NCBI RefSeq assembly: GCF_964213995.1
Contig: NW_027590388.1
Location: 62,001-126,000 of the forward strand
DNA length: 64,000 bases
Source of the DNA: Mustelus asterias
Taxonomy: Eukaryota
Reading direction: 5' to 3'
Position numbers and translations under genes: made by a program. Positions 34,351 through 45,664 of this stretch are shown here, in pieces; position 1 is the first letter of the stretch, and each line of letters begins with the position of its first letter. Under the pieces are notes generated by a model. That model was not told the origin of the DNA. It did not search any database and worked only from the letters and a program-made list of their open reading frames with translations.

Positions 34351-35175
34351 ATAACCATTACAAATTAAAACTCTCATTCTCACATGGGTGAATTGTATCC
34401 GGATTAAAGTTTCCACATGTTTAGTAAAATACCCTGGAATCCTGTCTCTGGCCAGTAAATATGGCTCCAAGTTCATAACTTCTGAACAAAAAAAGTTTTA
34501 TTGATCACACTTTCTTTGTTAAAAATCTGTTTGATTTAAATCACAGACAGAAAACCTCAAAGCTTGAAGCGTTCAACCCACAAATATCATCCATACACAA
34601 ACAGAGAAACTTAGCATGTGCTTTACAACAACAATAACCAAAATTAATTACTTAAGCGTTCTTGTGATCCTGTTTTTAAACTTCCAAAAATGCCTTTAAT
34701 TAAAGATTCAAGATCAGGTTAATCCACCAGAAAGATAAACCGTAACAAATGTAGCCCAAAACAATGATAAAACACATCTACAAACATCCACATAAAACAA
34801 ACAAAACACACAGATTCTCACAGCTCATAAATTTCAAACAATGAATCCTCAGCATTCTCTCTCGCAGCTATAGCTTCTTAAAGCGACAGAGCACTACAAG
34901 CTCACAACTTCTTGATTAAAATAAGATGCAAGATCCTTCATTATAACTTAACCTTTTTTAAGCCAACTTACAAGGACTGATTTTAGAGGCAACATCTTTT
35001 GTTGATTTAAAACCCCAAACACGTTCCACCCAAACACTGGCAAAATCTTTGTTCTTTATCTGGGGATAAAATTCTCAGTTATTCCAAATTCCTCCAGGCT
35101 ATGGTTAATATTTCCGCATTTAACTTATTCCCAGAAATCCTCAATTATAAACTAAAATAGACACGTGTTTCCGGG
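34351..35175. repeat. Copy 2 of the 466-1297 repeat
   Basis: Direct comparison. Confidence 0.8.
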
Positions 35176-35344
35176 CAGTCACAGGAATATGGTCAAGATA
35201 GTCCAGTCCCACAATGCCTCACATTCAATCTGCAGTCCTTCAATTATAACAGAATATGTGGCTGTATGTCGCTGCCTTGGCCATGGTCAACCCCAAGGGT
35301 GCCTTCTTGAACTGCTGCAATGCCTGAGGTGTACGCACATCCAC

Positions 35345-36832
35345 AGTGCTGCGAGGAAGGGACTTCCAGTTACTGAGAGAGACAAGAGATGAAATTGCTG
35401 GGCCTCTGACAGAAATCTTTGTTTCTTCATTGGACACAGGTGAGGTCCCAGAGGATTGGAGGATAGCAAATGTGATCCCGTTATTTAAGAAGGGTAGCAA
35501 GGATAACCCGGGCAATTATAGGCCAGTGAGCTTGACGTCCGTGGTCGGGAAATTGTTGGAGAAGATTCTTAGAGATAGGATCTGTACACATTTAGAACTG
35601 AATAATCTCATTAGCGATAGACAACATGGTTTTGTACGAGGGAAATTTGGTTGAGTTTTTTGAGGAGGTGACAAAAATGATTGACGAGGGAAGGGCCATG
35701 GATGTCGTCTACATGGATTTTAGTAAAGCATTTGACAAGGTCCCTCATGGCAGGCTGGTGCAAAAGGTTAAATCTCACGGGATCAAAGGTGAACTAGCTA
35801 GATGGGTACAGAACTGGCTTCGCCACAGAAGACAGAGGGTAGCAGTGGAGGGGTCTTTTTCTGATTGGAGGGCTGTGACTAGGGTGTTCACAGTAAGAGT
35901 TTTAACAACACCAGGTTAAAGTCCAACAGGTTTATTTGGTAGCAAATGGCATTAGCTTTCGGAGCGCAGATAGTGAGGAACATTGTCAGAGGCTACAGAA
36001 GGATATAGATGGGCTGGAAATTTGGGCAAAGAAATGGCAGATGGAGTTCAATCCTGATCAATGCGAAGTGATGCATTTTGGGAGAACTAACGTAGGGGGG
36101 AGCTATACGATAAATGGCAGAACCATAAAAGGTGTAGATACGCAGAGGGACCTGGGTGTGCAAGTCCACAGATCCTTGAAGGTGATGTCACAGGTGGAGA
36201 AGGTTGAGAATAAGGCATATGGCATGCTTGCCTTAATAGGACGGGGCATAGAGTATAAAAGTTGGGGTCTGATGTTACGGTTGTATAGAACGTTGGTTCG
36301 GCCGCATTTGGAATACTGCGTCCAGTTCTGGTCGCCACACTACCGGAAGGACGTGGAGGCTTTAGAGAGAGTACAGAGGAGGTTTACCAGGATGCTGTCT
36401 GGGATGGAAGGGCTTAGTTATGAGAAGAGATTGGGTAAACTGGGGTTGTTCTCCCTGGAAAGACGGAGGATGAGGGGTGACCTAATAGAGGTGTATAAAA
36501 TTATGAAAGGCAGAGATAGGGTGAACAGTGGGAAGCTTTTCCCCAGGTCGGTGGTGACATTCATGAGGGGTCATAGGTTCAAGGTGAAGAGGAGGAGGTT
36601 TAACACAGATATCAGAGGGACGTATTTTACACAGAGGGTGGTGGGGGCCTGGAATGCGCTGCCGGGCAAGGTGGTGGAGGCAGACACACTGGGAATGTTT
36701 AAGACTTATCTTGATCGCCACATGAACGGAGTGGGAATGGAGAAGTACAAAAGAATGGTCTAGTTTGGACCAGGGAGCGGCGCGGGCTTGGAGAGCTGAA
36801 GGGCCTGTTCCTGTGCTGTATTGTTCTTTGTT
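35345..36832 (+). mobile_element. CR1 LINE ORF2 3' half, interrupted by a short PLE terminus (~35888-35967)
   Basis: GNYRPVSLTS, YMDFSKAFDKVPH, LVRPHLEYCVQFWSP; TTCTTTG tail. Confidence 0.9.
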
Positions 36833-36834
36833 TG

Positions 36835-36995
36835 TTCGCTGCTCCTTCGTCAGATGGAGCAGGTGGTCGAAAGGAGCAGCGCTCCGAAAGCTAATGGCAT
36901 TTGCTACCAAATAAACCTGTTGGACTTTAACCTGGTGTTGTTAAAACTCTTACTGTGTTTACCCCAGTCCAACGCCGGCATCTCCACCTCATGAC
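36835..36995 (+). mobile_element. Short PLE terminus with an inverted hammerhead half
   Basis: GCTGCTCCTTCGTCAGATGG (reverse-complemented hammerhead 5' half) followed by GGAGCAGCGCTCCGAAAGCTAATGG and the pLTR tail. Confidence 0.75.
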
Positions 36996-38125
36996 TCAGG
37001 TGTTCTGCAGGGCTCTGTACTGGGACCTCTGCTGTTTGTGATATATATAAATGATTTGGAAGAAGATGTCGCTGGGCTGATTAGTAAGTTTGCGGACGAC
37101 ACAAAGATTGCTGGAGTTGCAGATAGTGATGAACATTGTCAGAGAATACAGCAGGATATAGATAGGCTGGAAAATTGGGCGGAGAAATGGCAGATGGAAT
37201 TTAAGATGTGGAGATGCCGGTGTTGGACTGGGGGAAACACAGTAAGAAGTCTAACAACACCAGGTTAAAGTCCAACAGGTTTATTTGGTAGCAAAAGCCA
37301 CTCGCTTTTGGAACAGGCTGTCACTTCATCAGGTAGGTGGGAGTTCCAGATAAATGCGAAGTGATGCATTTTGGTAGATCTAATGCAGGGGGAACTATAC
37401 AATAAATGGCAGAACCATCAGGAGTATATACACACAGAGGGATCTGGGTGTGCAAGTCCACATATCCTTAAAGGTGGCAGCACAGGTGGAAAAGGTGGTG
37501 AAGAAGACATATGGCATGCTTGCCTTTATTGGACGGGGCATAGAGTATAAAAGTTGGCATATGATGTGGCAGTTACATAGAACGTTGGTTAGGCCACATT
37601 TGGAATACTGTGTCCAGTTCTGGTCGCCACACTACCAGAAGGATGTGGAGGCTTTGGAGAGAGTGCAGAAAAAGTTTACCAGGATGTTGCCTGGTATGGA
37701 GGGTATTAGCTATGAGGAGAGATTGAGTAAACTAGGGTTGTTCTCCCTGGAAAGACGGAGGTTGAGGGGGCGACCTTATAGAAGTTTATAAAATTATGAA
37801 GGGAATAGATAGGGTGAACAGTTGGAAGCTTTTTCCCAGGTCAGAAATGACAAACACAAGGGGTCACAAGTTCAAAGTAAGGGGGGCAAGGTTCAATACA
37901 GATATGTGGGGGACGTACTTTACACAGAGGGTGGTGGAGGCCTGGAATGCACTACCAAGCAAGGTGGTTGAGGCAGACATGCTAGGATCATTTAAGACTT
38001 ATTGAGATAGCCACATGAACAGACTGGGAATAGAGGGATACAAACGGATTGTCCAGTTAGGAAGACGTGATCAGTGCAGGCTTGGAGGGCCGAAGGGCCT
38101 GTTCCTGTGCTGTATTGTTCTTTGT
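36995..38125 (+). mobile_element. CR1 LINE 3' part, interrupted by a PLE terminus (~37205-37345)
   Basis: IYINDL, KFADDTK, LVRPHLEYC; 3' tail. Confidence 0.9.
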
Positions 38126-38659
38126 ACATTTTTCAGACTTTCACTAGACTGTAGGTGGATATCAGATTGATATTTTCCATTCAACCACACCCAAGGTGAG
38201 TTATTCCAATTCCTTTATTGTCCAGGACAATATATCCACAATATCTTTAAAACAGAAATTAAACATTCCCATTTGATTTCAGACAGTAACATATTCTGTT
38301 AGTTTGTTCTTTATTGTCAATGTCAGGCTGGGGTTGTTCTCCTTGGAGCAAAGGAGGTTGAGGGGAGATTTGATAGAAGTGGACAAGATTCTGACAGGTT
38401 GAGATAAGGTGGACAAAGAAAAGCTGTTCCCATTAGCTGAAGGGACAAGGACGAGGGGGGACACAGATTTCTTGTTTTGGGTCAAAGATGCAAGGGGACC
38501 GGGCCGGGGGCGGGGGGGGGGGAGTGGGGGAGATGTGAGGAAGAATATTCTGATGCAGCGAATGGTAATGACCTGAAACTCGCTGCCTACGAGGGTGGAG
38601 GAAGTGGAGACAATAAACAATTAAAAAGGAAATTGGATGGATATTTGGGGTGTTCCAAA

Positions 38660-39705
38660 CAGAATGAAGAACAAAGAAAATTACAGCACAGAAACAAGCC
38701 CTTTGGCCCTCCAAGCCTGCAGCAACCATGCTGCCCGTCTGAACTAAAATCCCCGACCTTTCCGGGAACATATCCCTCTGTTCCTATGCTATTCATATAT
38801 TTGTCAAGACACATCTTAAAAGTCACTGTCGTATCTTCTTCAACTACCGTCCCCGGCAACGAGTTCCAGGCACCCACCACACTCTGTGTAAAAAACCTGC
38901 CTTGTACATCTCCTTTAAACCTTGCCCCTCGCACCTTAAACCTATGCCCCTAGTAACTGACTCTTCCACCCTGGGAAAAAGCTTCTGACTATCCACTCTG
39001 TCCATGACCCTCAAAATCTTGTAGACTTCTATCAGGTCGCCCCCCTCAACCTCCTTCGTTCCACTGGGAACCAAGCAAGTTTCTTCAACCTCTCCTCATA
39101 GCTAATGCCCTCCATACCAGGCAACATCCTGATACATATTTTCTGTACCCTCTCCAAAGCCTCCACATCCTTCTGGTACAGTGGTGACCAGAATTGAACA
39201 CGAGATTCCAAGTGCGGTTTAACTAAGGTTCTATAAAGCTGCAACATGACTTGCCAATTTTTAAACTCAGTGTCCCGGCTGATGAAGGCAAGCATGCCGT
39301 GTGCCTTCTTGACTACCTTCTCCACCTGCGTTGCCACTTTCAATGACCTGTGTACCTGTACACCCACATCCCTCTGCCTATGAATACTCTTAAGGGTTCT
39401 GCCATTTACTGGATATTTCCCATCATTATCTCACAATTGTCTGGATTCAACTTCATCTGCCATCTCTCCGCCCAAGTCTCCAACTGATCTATATCCTGCT
39501 GTATCCTCTGTCGGACCCCATCGCTATCCGCAATTCCACCAACCTTTGTGTTGTCCACAAATTTACCAATCAAACCAGTTACATTTTCCTCCAAATCATT
39601 TATATATATTACAAACAGCAAAAGTCCCAGCACTGATCCCTGAGGAATGTCACTTGTCACAGCCCTCCATTCAGAAATGTACCTTTGCACTGCCAACCTC
39701 TGTTT
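38660..39705 (-). mobile_element. CR1 LINE 3' part
   Basis: [32 protein letters not shown]; tail on the minus strand. Confidence 0.88.
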
Positions 39706-39947
39706 TCTTCTGACTAAATATCTCGAAACCTCCTAACACCCTGTCACTCTGTGATCCTTGTGACATTTGAAACCAGGTATTCGCAACAAGACTCAAAGAG
39801 CATCAGCCCACTGGAGGCTGAGACCAGCCAGTCCAGCACAAAGAAACCCTCTGACCCTCCCCATTGACCAACTGTGAGAATGAACAAAATGCAGTCCTGG
39901 ATGTAACTGAGAGCAGAAACAATAACAGCAGAATCCAACCCCTGGAA

Positions 39948-41124
39948 TCACTCGTGAACTTGTTGGTGTCTCAGCAGGTGGGATGAAACTCTGAATCCCT
40001 TCCCACATACAGAGCAGGTGAATGGTCTCTCGCCAGTGTGAACTCGCTGGTGTATCCGCAGGTCAGATGACTGAGTGAATCCCTTCCCACACTGAGGGCA
40101 GGTGAATGGCCTCTCCCCAGTGAACTCGCTGGTGTGTCCGCAGGTGGGTTGACCGAGTGAATCCCTTCCCACACTGAGAGCAGGTGAACGGCCTCTCCCC
40201 TGTGTGAACTCGCTGGTGTGTCAGCAGATCAGATGAGTTTGTGAATCCCTTCCCACACTGAGAGCAGATGAATGGTTTCTCCGCAGTGTGAACTTGCTGG
40301 TGTGTCTGCAGGTGGGTTGACCGAGTGAATCCCTCCCCACACTGAGAGCAGGTGAACGGCCTCTCTCCTGAGTGAACTCGCTGGTGTGTCCGCAGGTCAG
40401 ATGACTGAGTGAATCCCTTCCCACACTGAGAGCAGGTGAATGGTTTCTCCCCAGTGTGAACTCGCTGGTGTATCCGCAGGTGGGATGACTGAGTGAATCC
40501 CTTCCCACACTGAGAGCAGGTGAATGGCCTCTCCCCTGTGTGACGTAGCTGGTGTCTCTGCAGGTCGGCTAACTGAGTGAATTCTTGCCCACACTGAGAG
40601 CAGGTGAACGGTCTCTCTCCAGTGTGAACTCGTTCGTGTGTCCGCAGGTTGGATGACTGAGTGAATCCCTTCCCACACTGAAAACAGGTGAATGGCCTCT
40701 CCCCAGTGTGAACTCGCTGGTGTCTCTGCAGGTGGGATGACCGAGTGAATCTCTTCCCACACTGAGAGCAGGTGAATGGCCTCTCCCCAGTGTGAACTCG
40801 CTGGTGTCTCTGCAGGTGGAATGACCGAGTGAATCCCTTCCCACACTGAGAGCAGGTGAACGGCCTCTCTCCAGTGTGAACTTGCTGGTGTGTCTGCAGG
40901 CTGGATAACTGTATGAATCCCTTCCCACACTGCGAGCAGGTGAATGGCCTCTCCTCAGTGTGAACGCGCTGGTGTGACTGCAGGTGGGATAACTGATTAA
41001 ATCCCTCCCGACAGTGAGAGCAGATGAATGGTCTCTCCCCAGTGTGGCTGCGCCGATGAGTTTCCAGCTCTGATGGGGCTCTGTATCCCTTCCCACAGTC
41101 TGCACATTTCCATGGTTTCTCCAT
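39948..41124 (-). pseudogene. Zinc-finger gene D (close paralog of A): 14 fingers, 2-nt deletion after finger 12 (truncated 12-finger product or pseudogene)
   Basis: ATG at 41124; CCCCAGTGAACTC at ~40115-40127 lacks the TG of the usual CCCCAGTGTGAACTC; the last two fingers continue in another frame to 39948. Confidence 0.8.
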
Positions 41125-41610
41125 GGTGCAGGTGTCCTTACCTGTCTCTTGAGTGGACAATTAGTTGAAACTTCGTCCACACACAGAACAAGATTACAGT
41201 CTCGACCCGCTGTGAATGTTGTGATATTTATTCAGGCTGTGTAACTGGTTAAAGCTCTTTAGTCCATGCACTAGAACACTCTCACTCGAGTGTGGCAGTG
41301 TGTTGATGCTTTTTCACTCACACTGACATTTCAAATCCTTTCAAATCGACAGACTGGACAATCATTTCTCCTTCTGGATTCAAAGTCCGATGATATTGAG
41401 GTCCCAAGGAATATGACTCTGTCACGTCTCGACGTGACGTTTGAGATTTCAGCCTGTGATTCCTCTTTCAATATCCTGGAAAATGAGTTTCCAAAAGTCA
41501 TCAGTGTCAGTACAGGATAGAAATTCAGAACAGACAATTTCTATGGAACATTCTTTCCTCTCTCATTCCCCAAAAGCTGTAAATCTCCATCCCACACACT
41601 CTCTCCCCAT

Positions 41611-41739
41611 TCTCAGCAGGTCTGGCAGCATCTGCATGGAGAGAAAAGAACTGATGTTTCAGAGCTTTGACAAAGGGTCATCTAGACAAGAAACATCAGC
41701 TCTTTTCTCTCCTTACAGATGCTGCCAGACCTACTGAGA
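41611..41739. repeat. Fold-back (inverted-repeat) element, ~50-bp arms
   Basis: TCTCAGCAGGTCTGGCAGCATCTG..GGAGAGAAAAGA.CTGATGTTTC pairs with GAAACATCAGCTCTTTTCTCTCC..CAGATGCTGCCAGACCT.CTGAGA. Confidence 0.85.
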
Positions 41740-41799
41740 TTTTCCAGCATTTTCTCTCTTGGTTTCAGATTCCAGCATCCGCAGTAATTTGCTTTTATA

Positions 41800-42440
41800 A
41801 GGCTGCAGATACCTCCTCCCAGGTAACATGCGTGTGCCCAAGACATCACCACTTGTTTCCCTTATTTCTTTCGCACCCATGGTGCTCTCCGCAGTAAACA
41901 CAGAGGAGAAGTATTCATTAAAAATCTCACCCATCTCCTGCGGCTACCCACACAGATGGCCATACTGATTTTTAAGGGGATCTATTCTCTCTCTAGCCAC
42001 CCTTTTACTCTTAATATAGCTATAGAACCTCTTGGAATTTTCTTTAATCTTACCTGCCAGATCCATATCAGACCCTCTTTTTGTCCTCCTGATTTCCCTC
42101 TTCAGTATTTTCTTACACTTTTTATAGTCAGAGTGATTCACTTGTCCCCAAAGAACAATACAGCACAGGAACAGACCCTTCGGCCCTCCAGGCCCACGCC
42201 GCTCCCTGGTCCAAACTAGACCATTCTTTTGTATCCCTCCATTCCCACTCCATTCATTTGGCTATCTAGATAAGTCTTAAACGTTCCCAGTGTGTCCGCT
42301 CCACCACCTTGCCTGGCAGCGCATTCCAGGCCCCCACCACCCTCTGTGTAAAATACGTCCTTCTGGTATCCGTGTTAAACCTCCCCCCCTCACCTTGAAC
42401 CTATGAGCCCTCGTGAATGTCACCACCGACGTGGGAAAAC
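41800..42440 (-). mobile_element. CR1 fragments (mid-ORF2 and 3' end)
   Basis: KENSKRFYSYIKSKR, MGEIFNEYFSSVFT; CR1 3' UTR. Confidence 0.8.
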
Positions 42441-42441
42441 C

Positions 42442-42578
42442 CTCACCCATTCCATTGTGACATCACACCCTCACCCATTCCATTGTGACATCACACCCTC
42501 ACCCATTCCATTGTGATGTCACGCTCTCACCCATTCCATTGTGACGTCACACTCTCACCCATTCCATTGTGACGTCAG
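42442..42578. repeat. 28-bp minisatellite, 5 copies
   Basis: CATTGT at 42453, 42481, 42509, 42537 and 42565. Confidence 0.95.
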
Positions 42579-42789
42579 GGCTTCACTCTCCGATCACAAT
42601 CCCTGCCGGCCTCCCACATGCAGCCTCAATGGCGGCAGTCAGCCCGGGTCTAACACTACAAGCTGCCGCTCCATTTGGTACAAAGGGGGGGACCGGGAAG
42701 TTCATTTCCGGGGTTTGGGTTTGAACAACATGTTTACAAAGTCTTTCCACCCACCCGCCACATTTATCATTCCCCGCGCGCCGCCCTCT

Positions 42790-43110
42790 ACCTCGTATTG
42801 ATCTCGCTTCCAGGTTAAAACCATCCGCCTTTCCGTCGCCATTACCCGCACTGCGCATGCTTCAGATCCCGCCCCTCATTCACTCCGATTGCTTGGAGGA
42901 CCAGCCGCTCCCGCTCGGTCCTCCAGCCCCGCCCCCTCCTCCTATTGGTCCGGAGCTGCCGTCAGTCAGTGCCCGGGCATTGTGATGTGGAGCATGCGCA
43001 ATGTCATTGCTGGCCTTGGCGCTTGTTTGTCCCGGAGAAGCGGAGTCAGCGTTAGGCGGTGGCTGGGAGGATTTGGAAACACTTTGTGGATCCGCAAACC
43101 CTTCAGAATC
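42790..43110. promoter_or_regulatory. Putative bidirectional promoter for ZNF D (-) and ZNF E (+)
   Basis: Near-identical copy of 8440-8760. Confidence 0.7.
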
Positions 43111-43423
43111 ATTGTCAGCTCCCTGGTTTGCAGCTGCGGGGCTTCTCCCTCCCTCCCTCCCGGGAACAGGCCCAGGTTAACGGCCCCATCCTGGCTCAGC
43201 CACTGGAGGATGGTTCACATCAGAGGATGGGGGAGGGAGACAATAAATAAGAGGTTACACTTTGGCCTCAAATCAATGAGGACTCTGATCTCTGGGAAGG
43301 AAGGAAACCCTGGGAGGTGGGCGGGGAGGATTCACAAACACCCGCTGGAGGCCCCAACACCCCCAATAAGACCCATTGGTTTTATTGTCAGTCTGCAGAC
43401 AGCAGCTGGAGAACTGAACCCAG

Positions 43424-43708
43424 TAAGAAGACTCACAACACCAGGTTAAAGTCCAACAGGTTTATTTGGTAGCAAAAGGCACTCGCTTTCGGATCACTGC
43501 TCCTTCATCAGGTGAGTGGGACTTGTGTTCATAAACAGGGCATATATATTGACACAAACTCAATTTACAAGATAATGGTTGGAATGCGAGTCTTTACAGG
43601 CAATCAAGTCTTAAAGGTACAGAAAATGTGAGTGGAGAGAGGGTTAAGCACAGGTTAAAGAGATGTGTATTGTCTCCAGCCAGGACAGTTAGTGAGATTT
43701 CCACATCA
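43424..43708 (-). mobile_element. PLE pLTR insertion with 14-bp target duplication
   Basis: AGAACTGAACCCAG at 43410-43423 and 43709-43722; the insertion is absent from the paralogous site at ~9060. Confidence 0.85.
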
Positions 43709-44189
43709 AGAACTGAACCCAGACAGAGGAGAGGGAGGGAGAAAACTGGGAGTGGAGGGAAGAAATGGTGGAGATGTTGAGATGGGTTTGGATTTCAGCC
43801 CAGGGAGGGGGGAGAGTGTGTGGGACGGGGATTTATCGATTTGGGGGAACAAGAGAGGAAAATATGTTCCAGAGAAATTTCAGAATTTCTATCCTGCACT
43901 GACAGTGATGGTATTTGTAAACTGTTTTTGCAGGGTATTATGAAGCAAGATTTACAGATATGAAACTCAAACCAAACTTCACATCAAGATCTGTTTCAGT
44001 GATTTGATTAATCAGAAACTGAATATAATCAGCCTTTGTCTACAGAAGGAGAAATGTTTATTCTGTCTGCGGGCAAAGATTTCAAACATCAGTGTGACTG
44101 AAAAAGCACATTGACACACACACACCTGAGAGTTTCCAATGTGCTGAATGTGGAAAGTGGTTTAACAAGTCTGAAAAACAATCACATCA

Positions 44190-45506
44190 TTGTCAGTGAG
44201 TAGTGACCCGACGCATATTCTGTGTAAACGAGGCTTCAACTCATCATCCAACCTGGAGTCACACGAGGACACCGGCAGCTCAGAGAAACCATTGAAATGT
44301 ATGGACTGTGGGAGGGGCTTCAATTACCCGTCCGAATTGGATATTCATCGTCGCATTCACACTGGAGAGAGGCCGTTCACCTGCTCTGAGTGTGGGAAAG
44401 GATTTGCTTACTCATCCAGCCTCTATACACACCGGCGTGTTCACACTGGAGAGAGGCCATTCACCTGCCTCGAATGTGGGAGGGGATGTCATGCTTTATC
44501 AAGCCTCCTGATTCACCGGCAGGTTCACTCCGATCAGAGACTGTTTCAGTGTTCTGATTGTGAGAAAAGCTTTAAAAGCACAAAGGACCTCCTGAGACAC
44601 CAGCGCACTCACATGGCGGTGAGACCGTTCACCTGCTCAGTGTGTGGGAAGGGATTCACTCAGTCATCCCACCTTCTGACACACCAACTTGTTCACACTG
44701 ATCAGAGACCATTTCAATGTTCTGACTGTGAGAAGAGATTTAAAAGTAAATATGATTTACAAGTCCATCAGCGCACTCACACTGGGGAGAAGCCATTCAC
44801 CTGCTCCGTGTGTGAGAGGAGATTCGGACGTTTATCCCAGCTGCAAACACACCAGCGAGTTCACTCTGATAAGAGACCATTTCAGTGTTCTGACTGTGAG
44901 AAGAGCTTTAAAAGTAAACAGGATTTGGTGACACACCAGCGAGTTCACACTGGGGAGAAACCGTTCACCTGCTCGGTGTGTGGGATGGGATTCACCCATT
45001 CATCCCACTGTCTGAGACACCAGCGAGTTCACACCGGGGAGAAACCATTCATTTGCTGTGTGTGTGGGAAGGGATTCACTGATTCACCTCACCTCCTGAT
45101 ACACGAGCGGATTCACACTGGGGAGAAACCCTTCACTTGCTCCACATGTGGGAAACGATTCACTCAGCCACCCCAGCTCATTGCACATCAACTAGTCCAC
45201 ACTGATCAGAGACCTTTTAAGTGTTCTGACTGTGAGAAAAGCTTTAAAAGCTCTAAGGACCTGCTGAGACACCAGCAAATTCACACTGGAGAGAGATCAT
45301 TCACCTGCTCCATGTGTGGGAAAAGGTTCACTCAGTCATCCCACCTGCTGAGACACCAGCAGGTTCACACAGGAGAGAGATCGTTCACCTGCTCCGTATG
45401 TGGGAAGAGATTTGCTTGGTCAGCCAATCTACTGAGACACCAGCAAGTTCACAAGTCACTGCAGGGGTTGGATTCTGCTGTTGCTGCTCACCCCATGCAG
45501 GACTGA
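44190..45506 (+). CDS. Tandem C2H2 zinc-finger protein E, 14 fingers plus tail; start codon uncertain
   Basis: Open frame with 14 fingers; the family ATG (MEKP) is replaced by TCA (SEKP), so the first in-frame ATG is 44301, inside finger 1. Confidence 0.75.
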   Translation: MSVSSDPTHILCKRGFNSSSNLESHEDTGSSEKPLKCMDCGRGFNYPSELDIHRRIHTGERPFTCSECGKGFAYSSSLYTHRRVHTGERPFTCLECGRGCHALSSLLIHRQVHSDQRLFQCSDCEKSFKSTKDLLRHQRTHMAVRPFTCSVCGKGFTQSSHLLTHQLVHTDQRPFQCSDCEKRFKSKYDLQVHQRTHTGEKPFTCSVCERRFGRLSQLQTHQRVHSDKRPFQCSDCEKSFKSKQDLVTHQRVHTGEKPFTCSVCGMGFTHSSHCLRHQRVHTGEKPFICCVCGKGFTDSPHLLIHERIHTGEKPFTCSTCGKRFTQPPQLIAHQLVHTDQRPFKCSDCEKSFKSSKDLLRHQQIHTGERSFTCSMCGKRFTQSSHLLRHQQVHTGERSFTCSVCGKRFAWSANLLRHQQVHKSLQGLDSAVAAHPMQD

Positions 45507-45660
45507 ATCATGTTCATTTATTTATTTATCTATCTGTTATTGAAGTAATTAATAAGTAATCCCATGCAGGACTGAATCATGTTCATTTATTTATCTATCT
45601 ATTATTTAAGTAATTAGTAAATAAGTAATCCCATGCAGGACTGAATCATGTTCATTCTGT
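45492..45660. repeat. 69-bp tandem repeat (about 2.4 units) containing the ZNF E stop codon
   Basis: CCCATGCAGGACTGAATCATGTTCATT at 45492, 45561 and 45630. Confidence 0.9.
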
Positions 45661-45664
45661 TATT

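Noticed and set aside
38498-38530. G-rich run (G-quadruplex potential)
   Set aside because: Lies inside a decayed CR1 fragment; likely homopolymer expansion or a sequencing artefact.
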